A program made the position numbers and the translations under genes. Source: an uncultured Acidobacteriota bacterium (lineage in GTDB: Bacteria > Acidobacteriota > Thermoanaerobaculia > Gp7-AA8). Taken from it: DNA of 64,000 bases. Each line of letters opens with the position of its first letter. The first letter of the stretch is position 1. Below are positions 19,846-32,677 of the stretch, piece after piece. The stretch lies in contig CAWGEI010000005.1 in NCBI GenBank assembly GCA_963821585.1, positions 782,627 through 846,626 on the forward strand, read 5' to 3'. A model generated the notes under the pieces. That model had not been told where the DNA came from and searched no databases. It saw only the letters and a program-made list of their open reading frames with translations.

Positions 19846-20897
19846 GGTAAAGCGCCGCTCCCCAGTGCATGCCCGCGCCGAGGGCGGTGAAGCAGATCAG
19901 CATGCCGGGCTGGATGCGGCCGTCGGCGCGGCACTCGTGGAACAGGATGGGCAGCGTGCCTGCCGTCGTGTTGCCGTAGCGCTCCAGGTTGTGCGGGACC
20001 TTCTCCGGCGGCAGGCCGAGCTGCTTGGCCACGGCCTCGATGATGCGCAGGTTCGCCTGGTGGACCAGCAGCAGGTCGAGCTGCGCCACCTCCACCCCCG
20101 CCTCGGCGCACACCGCGCGCACGGCTTCCGGCATCTTTGCCACGGCCGCCTTGAACACTTCGCGGCCTTCCATGACCGGGATGTGCGCCGTCGCGTCGAT
20201 CTGTTCGTGATCGATGAACGGGCGGCGGCGGAAGCCGACGCCGGGGACGAACAGCGACTCGATGCTCGAGCCGTCGGTGTACAGCTTCGTCGCCAGCACG
20301 CCGCTGCCATTGTGCGATTTCTCGACCACGACCGCGCCCGCGCCATCGCCGAAGAGCACCGTGCGGTCGCGGATGGCCGTATTCGCCGCGTACTCCTCCG
20401 GCGTCACCTCGCGGTCCTCGGTGCCGATCGTGATTCCCCAACCGTTCGACCACGGCATGAACGGCGAGTGGACGTCCGCGCCGATGAGGAGAACGCGCCG
20501 GTACTTGCCGCTGGCGATCAGTGTGTCCGCGAGCTCGAGTCCGTAGAGGAAGCCGGAGCACTGCTGGCGGATGTCGAACGTCGGGATGGACTCGGGGAAA
20601 GCCCATCTTCGCCTGCACGATCGGGCCGTTGCCGGGGAAGAAGTAGTCCGGCGTCATGGTGGCGAAGACGATCGCGTCGATGTCGTCCTTGGTCTTGCCC
20701 GCCGCGTCGAGCGCCGCCTGCGCCGCGATGATCCCCAGCCCGGCGGAGCCCTGGCCGTCTTCGACGTAGTGCCGCGCCTCGACGCCGCTGCGCGTGCGGA
20801 TCCACTCGTCGGAGGTGTCCATGATGCGCGCGAGCATCGCGTTCGGAACGACGTGCTTCGGGATGCCGATGCCGCTGCCGGTGATGATGGAGGTCAT
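19838..20897 (-). pseudogene. fabH: 3-oxoacyl-ACP synthase III, interrupted by a 1-nt frameshift (or consensus error)
   Basis: The N-terminal frame (MTSIITGSGIGIPKHVV...AKMGFP) and C-terminal frame (ESIPTFDIRQQCSGFLYGL...HQANLRII...GNTTAGTLP) join if one C of the coding-strand cccc (plus-strand gggg 20594-20597) is removed. Confidence 0.85.
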
Positions 20898-20923
20898 CGT
20901 TGTGGGGCGCAGCTTATCCTTAA

Positions 20924-20985
20924 ACGTAGGGCGTGGCTTCAGCCCGCCTCCCCCGGGGCGGGCGGGCTGAAGCCACGCCCTACGT
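20924..20985. repeat. Hairpin repeat acgtagggcgYggcttcagcccgcc...ggcgggctgaagccRcgccctacgt (family A, copy 1)
   Basis: Near-perfect ~26-bp arms between the hslO stop and fabH start on the minus strand. Confidence 0.85.
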
Positions 20986-20986
20986 C

Positions 20987-21871
20987 TCACGCGTCGTGTT
21001 TGGCGGTCAGCGTCAGCAGGTCATGCGCGGTGAACTGATACTTCCTTCCGCAGAACTGGCACTGCACCTCCGTCCCGCCCTCTGACAGCATCGACTCGAT
21101 CTCCTCCTCGCCGAGGAGGGCGAGCGGCGTCAGCGCGCGCTCGCGGGTGCACTGGCAGGTGTAGCTCACCGGCAACGCCTGCCCCTCGTCGATCTGCTTG
21201 TAGCCGACGCCCTGCAGCACTGTCGCGACGACGTCCTCGATCTCCATCTTCTCCAGCAGCGTCGACAGCGACGGCGCCTCGCGGATGCGGCGCTCGATCG
21301 CGGAGATCGCGTCCTCGCTCGCGTGCGGGAAGGCCTGGATGATCATCCCGCCCGCCGATGCCACCCCGTCCCGGCGATTGAACACGCCGAGGAGGACGGC
21401 CGAGGCGATCTGCTCTGAGTTCATGAGATACCGGGTGAGGTCCGTCGCGATTCCCGTCCCGCCCAACAGTAGCTGCGACGTATACGGCTTCCCCAGCGGC
21501 GGCGTGCCGCGGATGATCGTCAGGCTCCCGTTGCCGATCCCCATTTCCACGTCGAGCATCGGATCCGGCGGGACGGGATTCTCGACGTAGCCGCGCACGT
21601 GGCCAGCGTTCGTGCCGTCGGCAATGACTATCCCCAACGGGCCGTCGCCTTCGAAGCGGAGAGAGACGTACTGATTGCGCACGTCCTTGTCGAGCAGCCG
21701 CGCCAGGAGCACCGCGCCGGTCATGGCGCGTCCGAGGGCATCGGCGGCGACGGGAGAGAGGTCGAGGATCTCGCGCGCGGTGTCCACGGCCGTGGTCGTC
21801 TGCGCGGCGAGGACGCGGAAGTGGCCGTCGGCGGCCATTCCCTGAATGAGGCGGTCCTGAGTCTGCTGCAT
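20987..21871 (-). CDS. hslO: Redox-regulated chaperone Hsp33
   Basis: Typical N-terminus (DRLIQGMAADGHFRVLAAQTT) and C-terminal zinc centre CQCTRER...CQFCGRKY. Confidence 0.9.
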   Translation of the reverse strand: MQQTQDRLIQGMAADGHFRVLAAQTTTAVDTAREILDLSPVAADALGRAMTGAVLLARLLDKDVRNQYVSLRFEGDGPLGIVIADGTNAGHVRGYVENPVPPDPMLDVEMGIGNGSLTIIRGTPPLGKPYTSQLLLGGTGIATDLTRYLMNSEQIASAVLLGVFNRRDGVASAGGMIIQAFPHASEDAISAIERRIREAPSLSTLLEKMEIEDVVATVLQGVGYKQIDEGQALPVSYTCQCTRERALTPLALLGEEEIESMLSEGGTEVQCQFCGRKYQFTAHDLLTLTAKHDA

Positions 21872-21930
21872 AGGAGTGTGGGAAACGCGGGGGCGCGGGA
21901 GTTGCTTCCTCAGTCTCGTGGAGGAAAGCC

Positions 21931-22287
21931 ATGAAGCAGTCAGTAATCATCCTCGCGCTCGTGCTGGCGGCTTGTCAGGTCAACGACAAGACCGGCGAAG
22001 TCCAGCCTACCGCCGAGACCCAGACGGCCACCGCCGAGGCCGCGCAGCAAACCCGTGAGGCCGCGCAGGACGTGAAAGAAGGCGCCCAGAAGCTCGGCCA
22101 GGAGATCAAGGAAGGCGCGGAGCAGGTGCGGGACTCCGAGGCCGGACAGCGCGTCGCCGAGGGCGCGAAAGAAGCCGGCCGGGGCATCAAGCAGGGCGCC
22201 GGCGAAGCCGTGGAGGCCGCGGGCGAGAAGCTCGCCCAGGAAGGCCGCGAGGCCCAGGTGGAAGCGAAGAAAGCCAAGAAGCAGTGA
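21931..22287 (+). CDS. Small lipoprotein with Ala/Glu/Lys-rich helical repeats
   Basis: Lipobox LALVLAAC. Repeats [18 protein letters not shown]...[19 protein letters not shown]. Confidence 0.55.
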   Translation: MKQSVIILALVLAACQVNDKTGEVQPTAETQTATAEAAQQTREAAQDVKEGAQKLGQEIKEGAEQVRDSEAGQRVAEGAKEAGRGIKQGAGEAVEAAGEKLAQEGREAQVEAKKAKKQ

Positions 22288-22349
22288 ACGTACAATTGCG
22301 CCGGCGGACGTGGACTCCGCGCGGCACAAATCAAAAGGAGGATTTCTGC

Positions 22350-22862
22350 ATGGTGAATTTCGGCAGGACCTCCGTTGCCGGCGAGACCCAGACGCTCAAG
22401 GTGGGAGACCAGGCTCCCGACTTCGAGCTTCCGAGTCATCGTGGTGGTAACGAGAAGGTCCGTCTCAGTGCCTTCCGCGGACAGAAGAACGTCGTGATCG
22501 TCTTCTATCCGCTCGACTGGACCCCCGTTTGAACGGTCCAGATGCCGTCGTATGAGGCCGAATCGGCCGATTTCGAACGGTATGATGCCCAGGTCCTGGG
22601 CATTTCGGTGGATTCCGTTCCCTCTCACGTTGCATTCGCAAAATCCATCGGCGGGATCACGACCTATCCGCTCCTCGCCGATTTCCATCCCAAAGGCGAA
22701 GTCTCGAAGAAATACGGCGTCTGGAAAGAAGACAAAGGCATCTGCGAGCGCGCCATCGTGATCGTCGACAAACAGGGCATCGTCCGCTACGTCGACGTCC
22801 ATGACATCGGAGAAGCGCCAGACAACGAACAGTTGCGCGACGTGCTCCGCGAGCTCGATTGA
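22350..22862 (+). CDS. AhpE-like peroxiredoxin with in-frame TGA (22530-22532) at the peroxidatic Cys position; candidate selenoprotein
   Basis: aaaggagga SD before ATG 22350. The track ORFs 22284-22532 and 22542-22862 are in the same frame. The sequence reads [14 protein letters not shown][TGA]TVQM where peroxiredoxins have FYPxxFTxxC. Confidence 0.7.
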
Positions 22863-22909
22863 TCGATTCGACGGCGAGTCGTCCACGGGCTCGCCAACGA
22901 GGTAAATGA

Positions 22910-23593
22910 ATGCTCAACATCGCACGCAAGTGCGTCCCCTTCACCCCCTACGACAAAGACCTCTCCTCCGCGACCGTCACGCTCGTCTGCGCGACCGGCG
23001 TCTTCCTCGCGGACCAGGAACCGTTTCCGCTCGAGGACCCGGGGGACATCAGCTATCGCGTCATCCCCGCGGACGCTGACCTCGGCTCGATGAAGATCGT
23101 CCACGGGCACTACGACCACAGCGAGGCCGACGCCGATCCGAACATCGTCTTCCCGCTGGAGGCCCTGCGCCAGCTCGCGGCCGACGGCGTCATCGGCGCG
23201 GTGAACGACAAGCACTACAGCTTCGGCTTCACTACCCGCCTCAAGGACCTGTACGAGATTGCGTATCCCGAGGTCGCGGACAAAGTCGAGCGCTCGAAGA
23301 CCAAGCTCGTATTGCTGGCCGCCGGCTGCCCCGAGACCTGCCACCGCGCCGTCGGCAACCTCGCGCGCGAGATCGAGTCGCACGGCGTTCCCACCATCAT
23401 CATCAGCGCGTCGCCCGCCGCCACCGCATCCGTCCGCCCGCCGCGCGCGATGACCTGGGAAGGCGCCGCGATCGGCCGCATCGTCGGGCGCGCCGGCGAC
23501 CGCGAGCAGCACAAACAGATCGTGCGCGCCGCGCTGCAGATGTTTACCCACGACACGCCCCCCGGCAAAGTGATAATCAAGAACGTACGATGA
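22910..23593 (+). CDS. GrdB/PrdB-family (selenoprotein B-like) protein, Cys form
   Basis: Family-typical THxHYDHSEADADPNIVFPL and LLAAGCPETCH...IESHGVPTI, where Sec-containing members carry G-U-x-x-C-H. Confidence 0.65.
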   Translation: MLNIARKCVPFTPYDKDLSSATVTLVCATGVFLADQEPFPLEDPGDISYRVIPADADLGSMKIVHGHYDHSEADADPNIVFPLEALRQLAADGVIGAVNDKHYSFGFTTRLKDLYEIAYPEVADKVERSKTKLVLLAAGCPETCHRAVGNLAREIESHGVPTIIISASPAATASVRPPRAMTWEGAAIGRIVGRAGDREQHKQIVRAALQMFTHDTPPGKVIIKNVR

Positions 23594-24420
23594 CGACCTT
23601 TCCTCCCATCGGCTTCGGCGGCATGCCGCTCTCCATTCAGGGACGTCCCGACCAGGAGCAGGGCCGCCGCGTGCTGAGCGCGGCGGTCGACGCGGGGATG
23701 ACGTTCGTGGACACGGCGGACGTCTATTGTTTCGACGACCGCGACATCGGCCACAACGAGCGCCTCATCGCCTACGCCATCGGCGGCCGCGACGACGTCC
23801 GCATCGCCACGAAGGCGGGCCTGCGCCGCCCGAAGGGCGCGTGGACGAACGACGCGACGCCCGCGCACATCCGCGAGGCGTGCGAGCAGAGCCTGCGCTC
23901 GCTGAAGACGGATCGCATCTGGCTCTATCAACTGCACGGGCCCGATCCGAAGGTCGCCTTCGAGAAGAGTGTCGAGGCCTTCGCGGAGCTGCAGCGCGAG
24001 GGCAAGTTCGAGCACTTCGGTCTGAGCAACGTCAGCGTCGCGCAGATCGATCAGGCACGCGCGATCCTGCCGGTCGTCACCGTGCAGAACCGCCTCAATC
24101 CGTACTTCCGCGAGAACGTGGAGGTCGCGAAAGCCTGCGCGGAGCGCGGCATCACGTTCCTCGCGTACAGCCCTGTCGGCGGCGGACGCCTGGCGAAGAA
24201 GCTCCACCGGTTCGACGTGCTGATCGAGCTCGCGCAGAAGCACGACCGCAGCGTGCACGCGATCGTGCTGGCATGGGTGCGCGCGCAGGGGGCGACGGTG
24301 GTGCCGATCCCCGCGGCGCGCACCGTCGAGCACGCAGTCGACAGCGCGCGCGCCGCGGACCTCGTGCTGTCGCCCGAGGAGATTGCGGCGATCGACGAGA
24401 CGGAGTTCGACCGCGCGTAA
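23590..24420 (+). CDS. Aldo/keto reductase
   Basis: FVDTADVY, IATKAG, LQLHGPD, GLSNV, VQNRLNP, AYSPVGGG. ATGA overlap with the upstream gene. Confidence 0.9.
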   Translation: MTTFPPIGFGGMPLSIQGRPDQEQGRRVLSAAVDAGMTFVDTADVYCFDDRDIGHNERLIAYAIGGRDDVRIATKAGLRRPKGAWTNDATPAHIREACEQSLRSLKTDRIWLYQLHGPDPKVAFEKSVEAFAELQREGKFEHFGLSNVSVAQIDQARAILPVVTVQNRLNPYFRENVEVAKACAERGITFLAYSPVGGGRLAKKLHRFDVLIELAQKHDRSVHAIVLAWVRAQGATVVPIPAARTVEHAVDSARAADLVLSPEEIAAIDETEFDRA

Positions 24421-24463
24421 ATTGCTTTATTCTTCGCAGTTCGAAGGGGGCACACGACAGGAA

Positions 24464-26440
24464 TTGACCACGACGCCAGAGATCATCGAAGCGCAGCAGC
24501 AGACCCGGGACGGCCAGAACGGCTGGACGATCGAAGACGCGGTCTCGCTCTACATGATCGACCGCTGGGGCGCGGGCTATTTCACGTCGCGGAAAACGGC
24601 GACATGACCGTTGCGCCGCTGCAGCAGAAAGGCATCGCCGTCCCGATCATCGACGTCGTGCGCGAGGCGCAGACGATGAACCTCTCGACACCGCTGCTGG
24701 TCCGGTTCCAGGATCTGCTGCGGCATCGCGTGGAGACTGCTCAACCGCGCGTTCAACGACGCCATCGCGCGAGAACAAGTACCGCGGCGCGTACCGCGGC
24801 GTGTTCCCGATCAAGGTCAACCAGCTGCGCGAGGTGGTCGAGGAGATCCTCGACGCCGGCCGGCCGTACCACTACGGCATCGAGGTCGGCTCCAAGCCGG
24901 AGATGTTCGCCGGCCTGGCGGTCCACACCGACCCCGAGTCGCTCATCATCTGCAACGGCTACAAGGACGACACCTACATCCGCACGGCGCTGATCGGGCG
25001 CAAGCTCGGGAAGAAGGTCATCCTCATCGCCGAGAAGATCTCCGAGGTGGCGCACGATCGTCGCGCATCGCCGCGGAGATGGGCGTGGAGCCGTATGATC
25101 GGCCTGCGCGTCCGCCTGCTCTCGAAGGGCGCCGGCAAGTGGGCCGACCTCGGGCGGCGAGCACGCGAAGTTCGGCCTCTCCACGGCGGAGATCCTCGAG
25201 GCCACGAGATCATGGAGCAGGCGGGGATGGCGTCGCGCGTTCAAGCTCCTCCACTTCCACATCGGCTCGCAGATCCCGGACATCCTGACGATCAAGCGCG
25301 CCGTGCGCGAGGCGGCGCATGTACTACGCGAAGCTGCGGCAAGAGCGGGCACGCCATCGAGTACCTCGACGTCGGCGGCGGCCTGGCCATCGACTACGAC
25401 GGCTCGCGCTCGACGTTCCACTCGTCGATGAACTACTCCGTCGAGGAGTACGCGCGCGACATCGTCTACAACATCATCGACGTCTGCGACGACGAGAAGG
25501 TGCCGCATCCGAACATCGTCTCGGAGTCGGGCCGGGCGATCGTCGCGCACCACTCGGTGCTCGTGGTCGAGGCCTTCGGCGCGATCGAGAAGACGCCGCT
25601 GGACGTCGCGCGAGCTCCAGGCCGCCGGATCACAAGCTCGTCGCGCGAGCTGATCGACATCGACGAGAACCTCTCGCCGGAGACCTGCAGTCGAGTCCTG
25701 GCACGACCTGCAGCAGATCAAGGAGGAGGCGCAGACGATGTTCGAGCTCGGCCTGCTCGAGCTGGACGTCAAGGCGCGCGTCGAGACGCTGTTCTGGCAG
25801 ATCGCCGAACGGATGCAGTCGCTGGTGCGCACGATGGATCCGGAGGAAGTGCCGGAGGACGTCGCGCAATCTGAAGATCGAGCTGGCGGACCAGCACATC
25901 TGCAATTTCTCCGTCTTCCAGTCGCTCCTCGATCACTGGGCGCTCGGCGCAGCTCTTCCCGATCGTGCCGATCCACCGGCTCAACGAGCGGCCGCAGCTC
26001 GGAGTCGACGCTGGTCGACATCACCTGCGACTCGGACGGCAAGGTCTCGAAGTTCATCGATCTCAACGACGTGCGCGACACGCTGCCGCTCCACGACATC
26101 CGGCCGACGGAGCCGTACTACCTGGGCATCTTCCTGACCGGCGCGTACCAGGACATCATGGGCGACATCCACAACCTCTTCGGCCGGGTGAACGAGGTGC
26201 ACGTGTTCCTCGATCCGACGAGGAGTGCGGGCTTCTACATCGAGGAAGACATCCCCGGGACAGCCGATCGGCGAGGTGCTGGCCATGACCCAGTGGGACT
26301 GGCGCGACCTGGCGAAGCGGATGAAGGCCCAGATCGACGTGGCCATCAAGCAGGACCGCCTGAAGCCGAACGAGGGGATGCGCCTGCTCGCGGATTACGA
26401 GCGGGGCCTCAAGGACCAGACGTACCTGACCTTTGATTGA
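24464..26440 (+). pseudogene. speA: Biosynthetic arginine decarboxylase carrying ~19 single-base frame changes
   Basis: All SpeA hallmark blocks are present but spread over three frames (IDRWGAGYF, FPIKVNQLREVV, GIEVGSKPE, ICNGYKDD, GLRVRLLSKGAGKW, LLHFHIGSQIPD, YLDVGGGLAIDYDGS, SESGRAIVAHHSVL, CNFSVFQS, LVDITCDSDGKV, YYLGIFLTGAYQDIMGDIHNLFG). The start (TTG 24464) is tentative. Confidence 0.85.
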
Positions 26441-26448
26441 ATGAGTTT

Positions 26449-26576
26449 AAGCCCCGAGCGAAGTCGAGGGGCCAACTTAGCAGCAACGCTAACGCGTGCC
26501 GAAGCTCGGTGCATGTGCATCGCCCATCGGATCGCACGGCGCAGGTGCTAACTCGGCCCCTCGACTTCGCTCGGGG
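26449..26576. repeat. Inverted-repeat element, family E copy 2
   Basis: aagccccgagcgaagtcgaggggccaacttagcagcaacgc ... ggtgctaactcggcccctcgacttcgctcgggg, immediately after the speA stop. Confidence 0.85.
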
Positions 26577-26657
26577 ATACGCTGGATTGAAGGAATCCTC
26601 TTCCGGGACCATCCGTTTATGCAGGGTGCCAAACAAAACCACAGGAGAAACGATCTC

Positions 26658-27581
26658 ATGCGTAGACAGCTCGCGCTCAGCCTGATCCTGCTCATCGCCG
26701 CCGCCGGAAATGCCTTTGCGGGCTCCGAGGCGCGGATGCAGGGCAAAGTCGTCGACGGGGCGACCAAGCTCCCCATTCCCACTGCGGAGATCAAGCTGGA
26801 GGCGGTCGAAGGAAAGACCGTCCGCCAGACCGCAAAGGTCAAGCGGGACGGCACTTACGCCATCTTCGTGCTCGACGGGACGATCCGTTACAAGTTCTCG
26901 GTCAGCGCACCGGGGTATGACCCGTTCGAAGAGACCCTGAAGATGAAGCTCGGCGAGAACGAGAAGCACGACTTCACGCTGCTCAAGGTCGGCAGCAGGG
27001 GCACGGCGAGTGCGGCCGCGGTGGAAAAGGCGGACTCGACGGTCGAGGCCTACAACCAGGGCGCCGCGCTTGCGAACGAGGGTGACCTGGCCGGCGCGGT
27101 GAAGAAGTTCGAAGAGGCCCTGGTCGCGAAGCCGGACATGCTGGCTGCCTGGGGCGCGCTGGCGAAGACCCAGCTCCGCGCGAAGAATTACGCGAAGGCT
27201 GCGGAAGCGGCAGCCAAGGTCCTGGACATCGACGACTCCGACATGGACATGCTCAGCGTCCAGTACCAGGCCTACACCGCCCTCGGCGACAAGGCCAATG
27301 CCGCGAAGGTCTCGGCGAAGCTGCCGAAGAACGCGAACGGGCTGTTCAATGACGCGGCCAAGCTGATCAACACAGGCGACGACGCCGGCGCGGAGAAACT
27401 CCTCCAGCAGGCCATCGCCGCCGACGAGAAGTTCGCGCAGGCGCACTACGAGCTGGGCATGATCTACGTCCGCTCCGGCAAGTCCGCCGAGGCGAAGGCC
27501 GCGCTCACCAAGTACCTCGAGCTCGACCCGAGCGGCAAAGACGCCCCGACGGCTAAAGAGATGATGAATTACCTCAAGTGA
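26658..27581 (+). CDS. Secreted protein with carboxypeptidase-regulatory-like domain and TPR repeats
   Basis: Signal peptide MRRQLALSLILLIAAAGNAFA. GKVVDGATKLPIPTAEIKL...DGTYAIFVLDG beta-sandwich-like part. TPR-like C-terminus (AHYELGMIYVRSGKSAEAKAALTKYLELDP). Confidence 0.65.
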   Translation: MRRQLALSLILLIAAAGNAFAGSEARMQGKVVDGATKLPIPTAEIKLEAVEGKTVRQTAKVKRDGTYAIFVLDGTIRYKFSVSAPGYDPFEETLKMKLGENEKHDFTLLKVGSRGTASAAAVEKADSTVEAYNQGAALANEGDLAGAVKKFEEALVAKPDMLAAWGALAKTQLRAKNYAKAAEAAAKVLDIDDSDMDMLSVQYQAYTALGDKANAAKVSAKLPKNANGLFNDAAKLINTGDDAGAEKLLQQAIAADEKFAQAHYELGMIYVRSGKSAEAKAALTKYLELDPSGKDAPTAKEMMNYLK

Positions 27582-27604
27582 CGCTCCGCGTTGCGAGGGC
27601 TATG

Positions 27605-27636
27605 AACGGCGGCGCAAGCCGCCGTTTTTCATTTTG
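27605..27636 (+). terminator. Rho-independent terminator
   Basis: aacggcggc-gcaa-gccgccgtt stem-loop followed by tttttcatttt, 24 nt after the stop at 27581. Confidence 0.8.
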
Positions 27637-27649
27637 GAGCGCGCGCGTT

Positions 27650-27840
27650 CTGTCGCCCGCTACGCGGGCTGACTGTTGGGGTCGCACCGCGTTAACCCCG
27701 GCTGAAGCCGGGGTCGATTACCTTCTGCCCGCTACGCGGGCGGGGTTCGCCGCCGTAGGCGGCTCCAGAAAATAGACCCCGGCTTCAGCCGGGGTTAACG
27801 CGGGGCGACCCAACAGCCAGCCCGCGTAGCGGGCGACAGG
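27650..27840. repeat. ~190-bp nested palindrome (family F)
   Basis: ctgtcgcccgctacgcgggctgactgttggggtcgcaccgcgttaaccccggctgaagccggggtc ... gaccccggcttcagccggggttaacgcggggcgacccaacagccagcccgcgtagcgggcgacag. Confidence 0.85.
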
Positions 27841-27876
27841 CATTGTTACCAAACGGCTGCGGACACCGCCGTTTCA

Positions 27877-28800
27877 GTGTTTCGGCGCAACAATACCGCC
27901 GTGCTGATCCGAACCTTCGCGATGCTCGCCTGTCTCACGCTGTCCGCGGCGGCGCAGTCGCGCGACGCCGCGGCATGGACCGCACACATCGCCAGCGAAT
28001 ACGGCACCACGTCCGGCCTCACCTATCAGACCGCGAGCAACATCGACCTGAAGCTGGACGTCTACGCTCCGCGCGGCCTCTCAAAGGCGAACCCGGTGGT
28101 CATCTACTACCACGGTGGAGGATGGGCCGGCGGCGCCCGGGAAAATGCCGTGCTGAGACTGACGCCGTACCTGGAGATGGGGTTCACGGTGGTGAACGTC
28201 GACTATCGCGGGTCGCGGGTCGCGCTGGCCCCGGCTGCCGTGGAGGATTGCCGGTGCGCGTTCCTGTGGGTGCTCAGCAACGCGGCGCGATACAACTTCG
28301 ACGTGAAGAAGATCGTTCTCACAGGCGACTCGGCCGGGAGCCACCTGGCGCTCACGACCGGCATGCTCACTCCTGCCGCGGGCCTCGACCGCCAGTGTCC
28401 GAGCGTGCCGGGCCCCGCTCAGCAGGCCGCCGCGATCGTGAACTGGTTCGGCGCCACCGACGTGGCCGACCTGCTGGACGGGCCGAACGCGCAAGGGTTC
28501 GCGATTGCGTGGCTGGGCAGCAAGCGCGACCGCCTGGAGATCGCCAGGCAGGTCTCGCCGCTGACGTACGTCCGGCCCGGCCTGCCCGCCATTCTGACCG
28601 TCCACGGAGATGCCGACCGCGTCGTCCCGCTCCGCCACGCCAAACGCCTGCACGAAGAACTGCAGAAGCACGGAGTCACGAATCAGCTCATCACGGTGCC
28701 CGGCGGCGGCCACGGCGATTTCACCCGCGAGCAGAACGAGGCGAATTACGCCGCCATCCGCGCTTTTCTCGGCAAGCTGGAGCTTCTCCCAGGCAAATGA
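27877..28800 (+). CDS. Alpha/beta hydrolase (esterase/lipase, fold-3 type)
   Basis: Signal peptide. IYYHGGGWAGG oxyanion motif. GDSAGSHLAL nucleophile elbow. HGDADRVVP. Confidence 0.8.
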   Translation: MFRRNNTAVLIRTFAMLACLTLSAAAQSRDAAAWTAHIASEYGTTSGLTYQTASNIDLKLDVYAPRGLSKANPVVIYYHGGGWAGGARENAVLRLTPYLEMGFTVVNVDYRGSRVALAPAAVEDCRCAFLWVLSNAARYNFDVKKIVLTGDSAGSHLALTTGMLTPAAGLDRQCPSVPGPAQQAAAIVNWFGATDVADLLDGPNAQGFAIAWLGSKRDRLEIARQVSPLTYVRPGLPAILTVHGDADRVVPLRHAKRLHEELQKHGVTNQLITVPGGGHGDFTREQNEANYAAIRAFLGKLELLPGK

Positions 28801-28812
28801 TGCTTCGCGGGG

Positions 28813-28941
28813 GTACCGGCGAGCCGCCGGTGGACCGGCCGACTGGCAGTCGGCGCGCCTTTTCCCGTCCCTTCTGAACGAAAGCCTGAAGCATGTGGAG
28901 CGCCGGCCGCCGGCCGGCCGGTCCACCGGCGGCTCGCCGGT
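28813..28941. repeat. Inverted repeat (family G) between convergent genes
   Basis: taccggcgagccgccggtggaccggcc ... ggccggtccaccggcggctcgccggt. Confidence 0.7.
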
Positions 28942-28947
28942 GGTCCC

Positions 28948-32593
<3,646 letters not shown>

Positions 32594-32607
32594 CTTGGAG
32601 TCTCTCC

Positions 32608-32642
32608 GGAAAAACAAAAGGCCCCGCCACATTGGCGGGGCC
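32608..32642 (-). terminator. Intrinsic terminator/attenuator in the metH leader
   Basis: On the minus strand, ggccccgcc-aatgt-ggcggggcc is followed by ttttgttttt and ends ~15 nt before the metH ATG. No upstream minus-strand gene ends here. Confidence 0.6.
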
Positions 32643-32677
32643 GCTCGAAAAAGAGTCGAACGTGACGAATGCCGGCG

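Noticed and set aside
22517-22541. Calling the 7-bp stem that encloses the TGA in its loop a bona fide SECIS element.
   Set aside because: Canonical bacterial SECIS hairpins lie immediately downstream of the UGA rather than around it. I report the structure but cannot claim function without a SECIS model or comparative support.
22284-22862. Treating 22284-22532 and 22542-22862 as two separate small genes or a plain nonsense pseudogene.
   Set aside because: Both pieces are in one frame and together make one complete peroxiredoxin. The only lesion is a TGA at the catalytic Cys position. The pseudogene alternative is kept as the refutation case in the corresponding finding.
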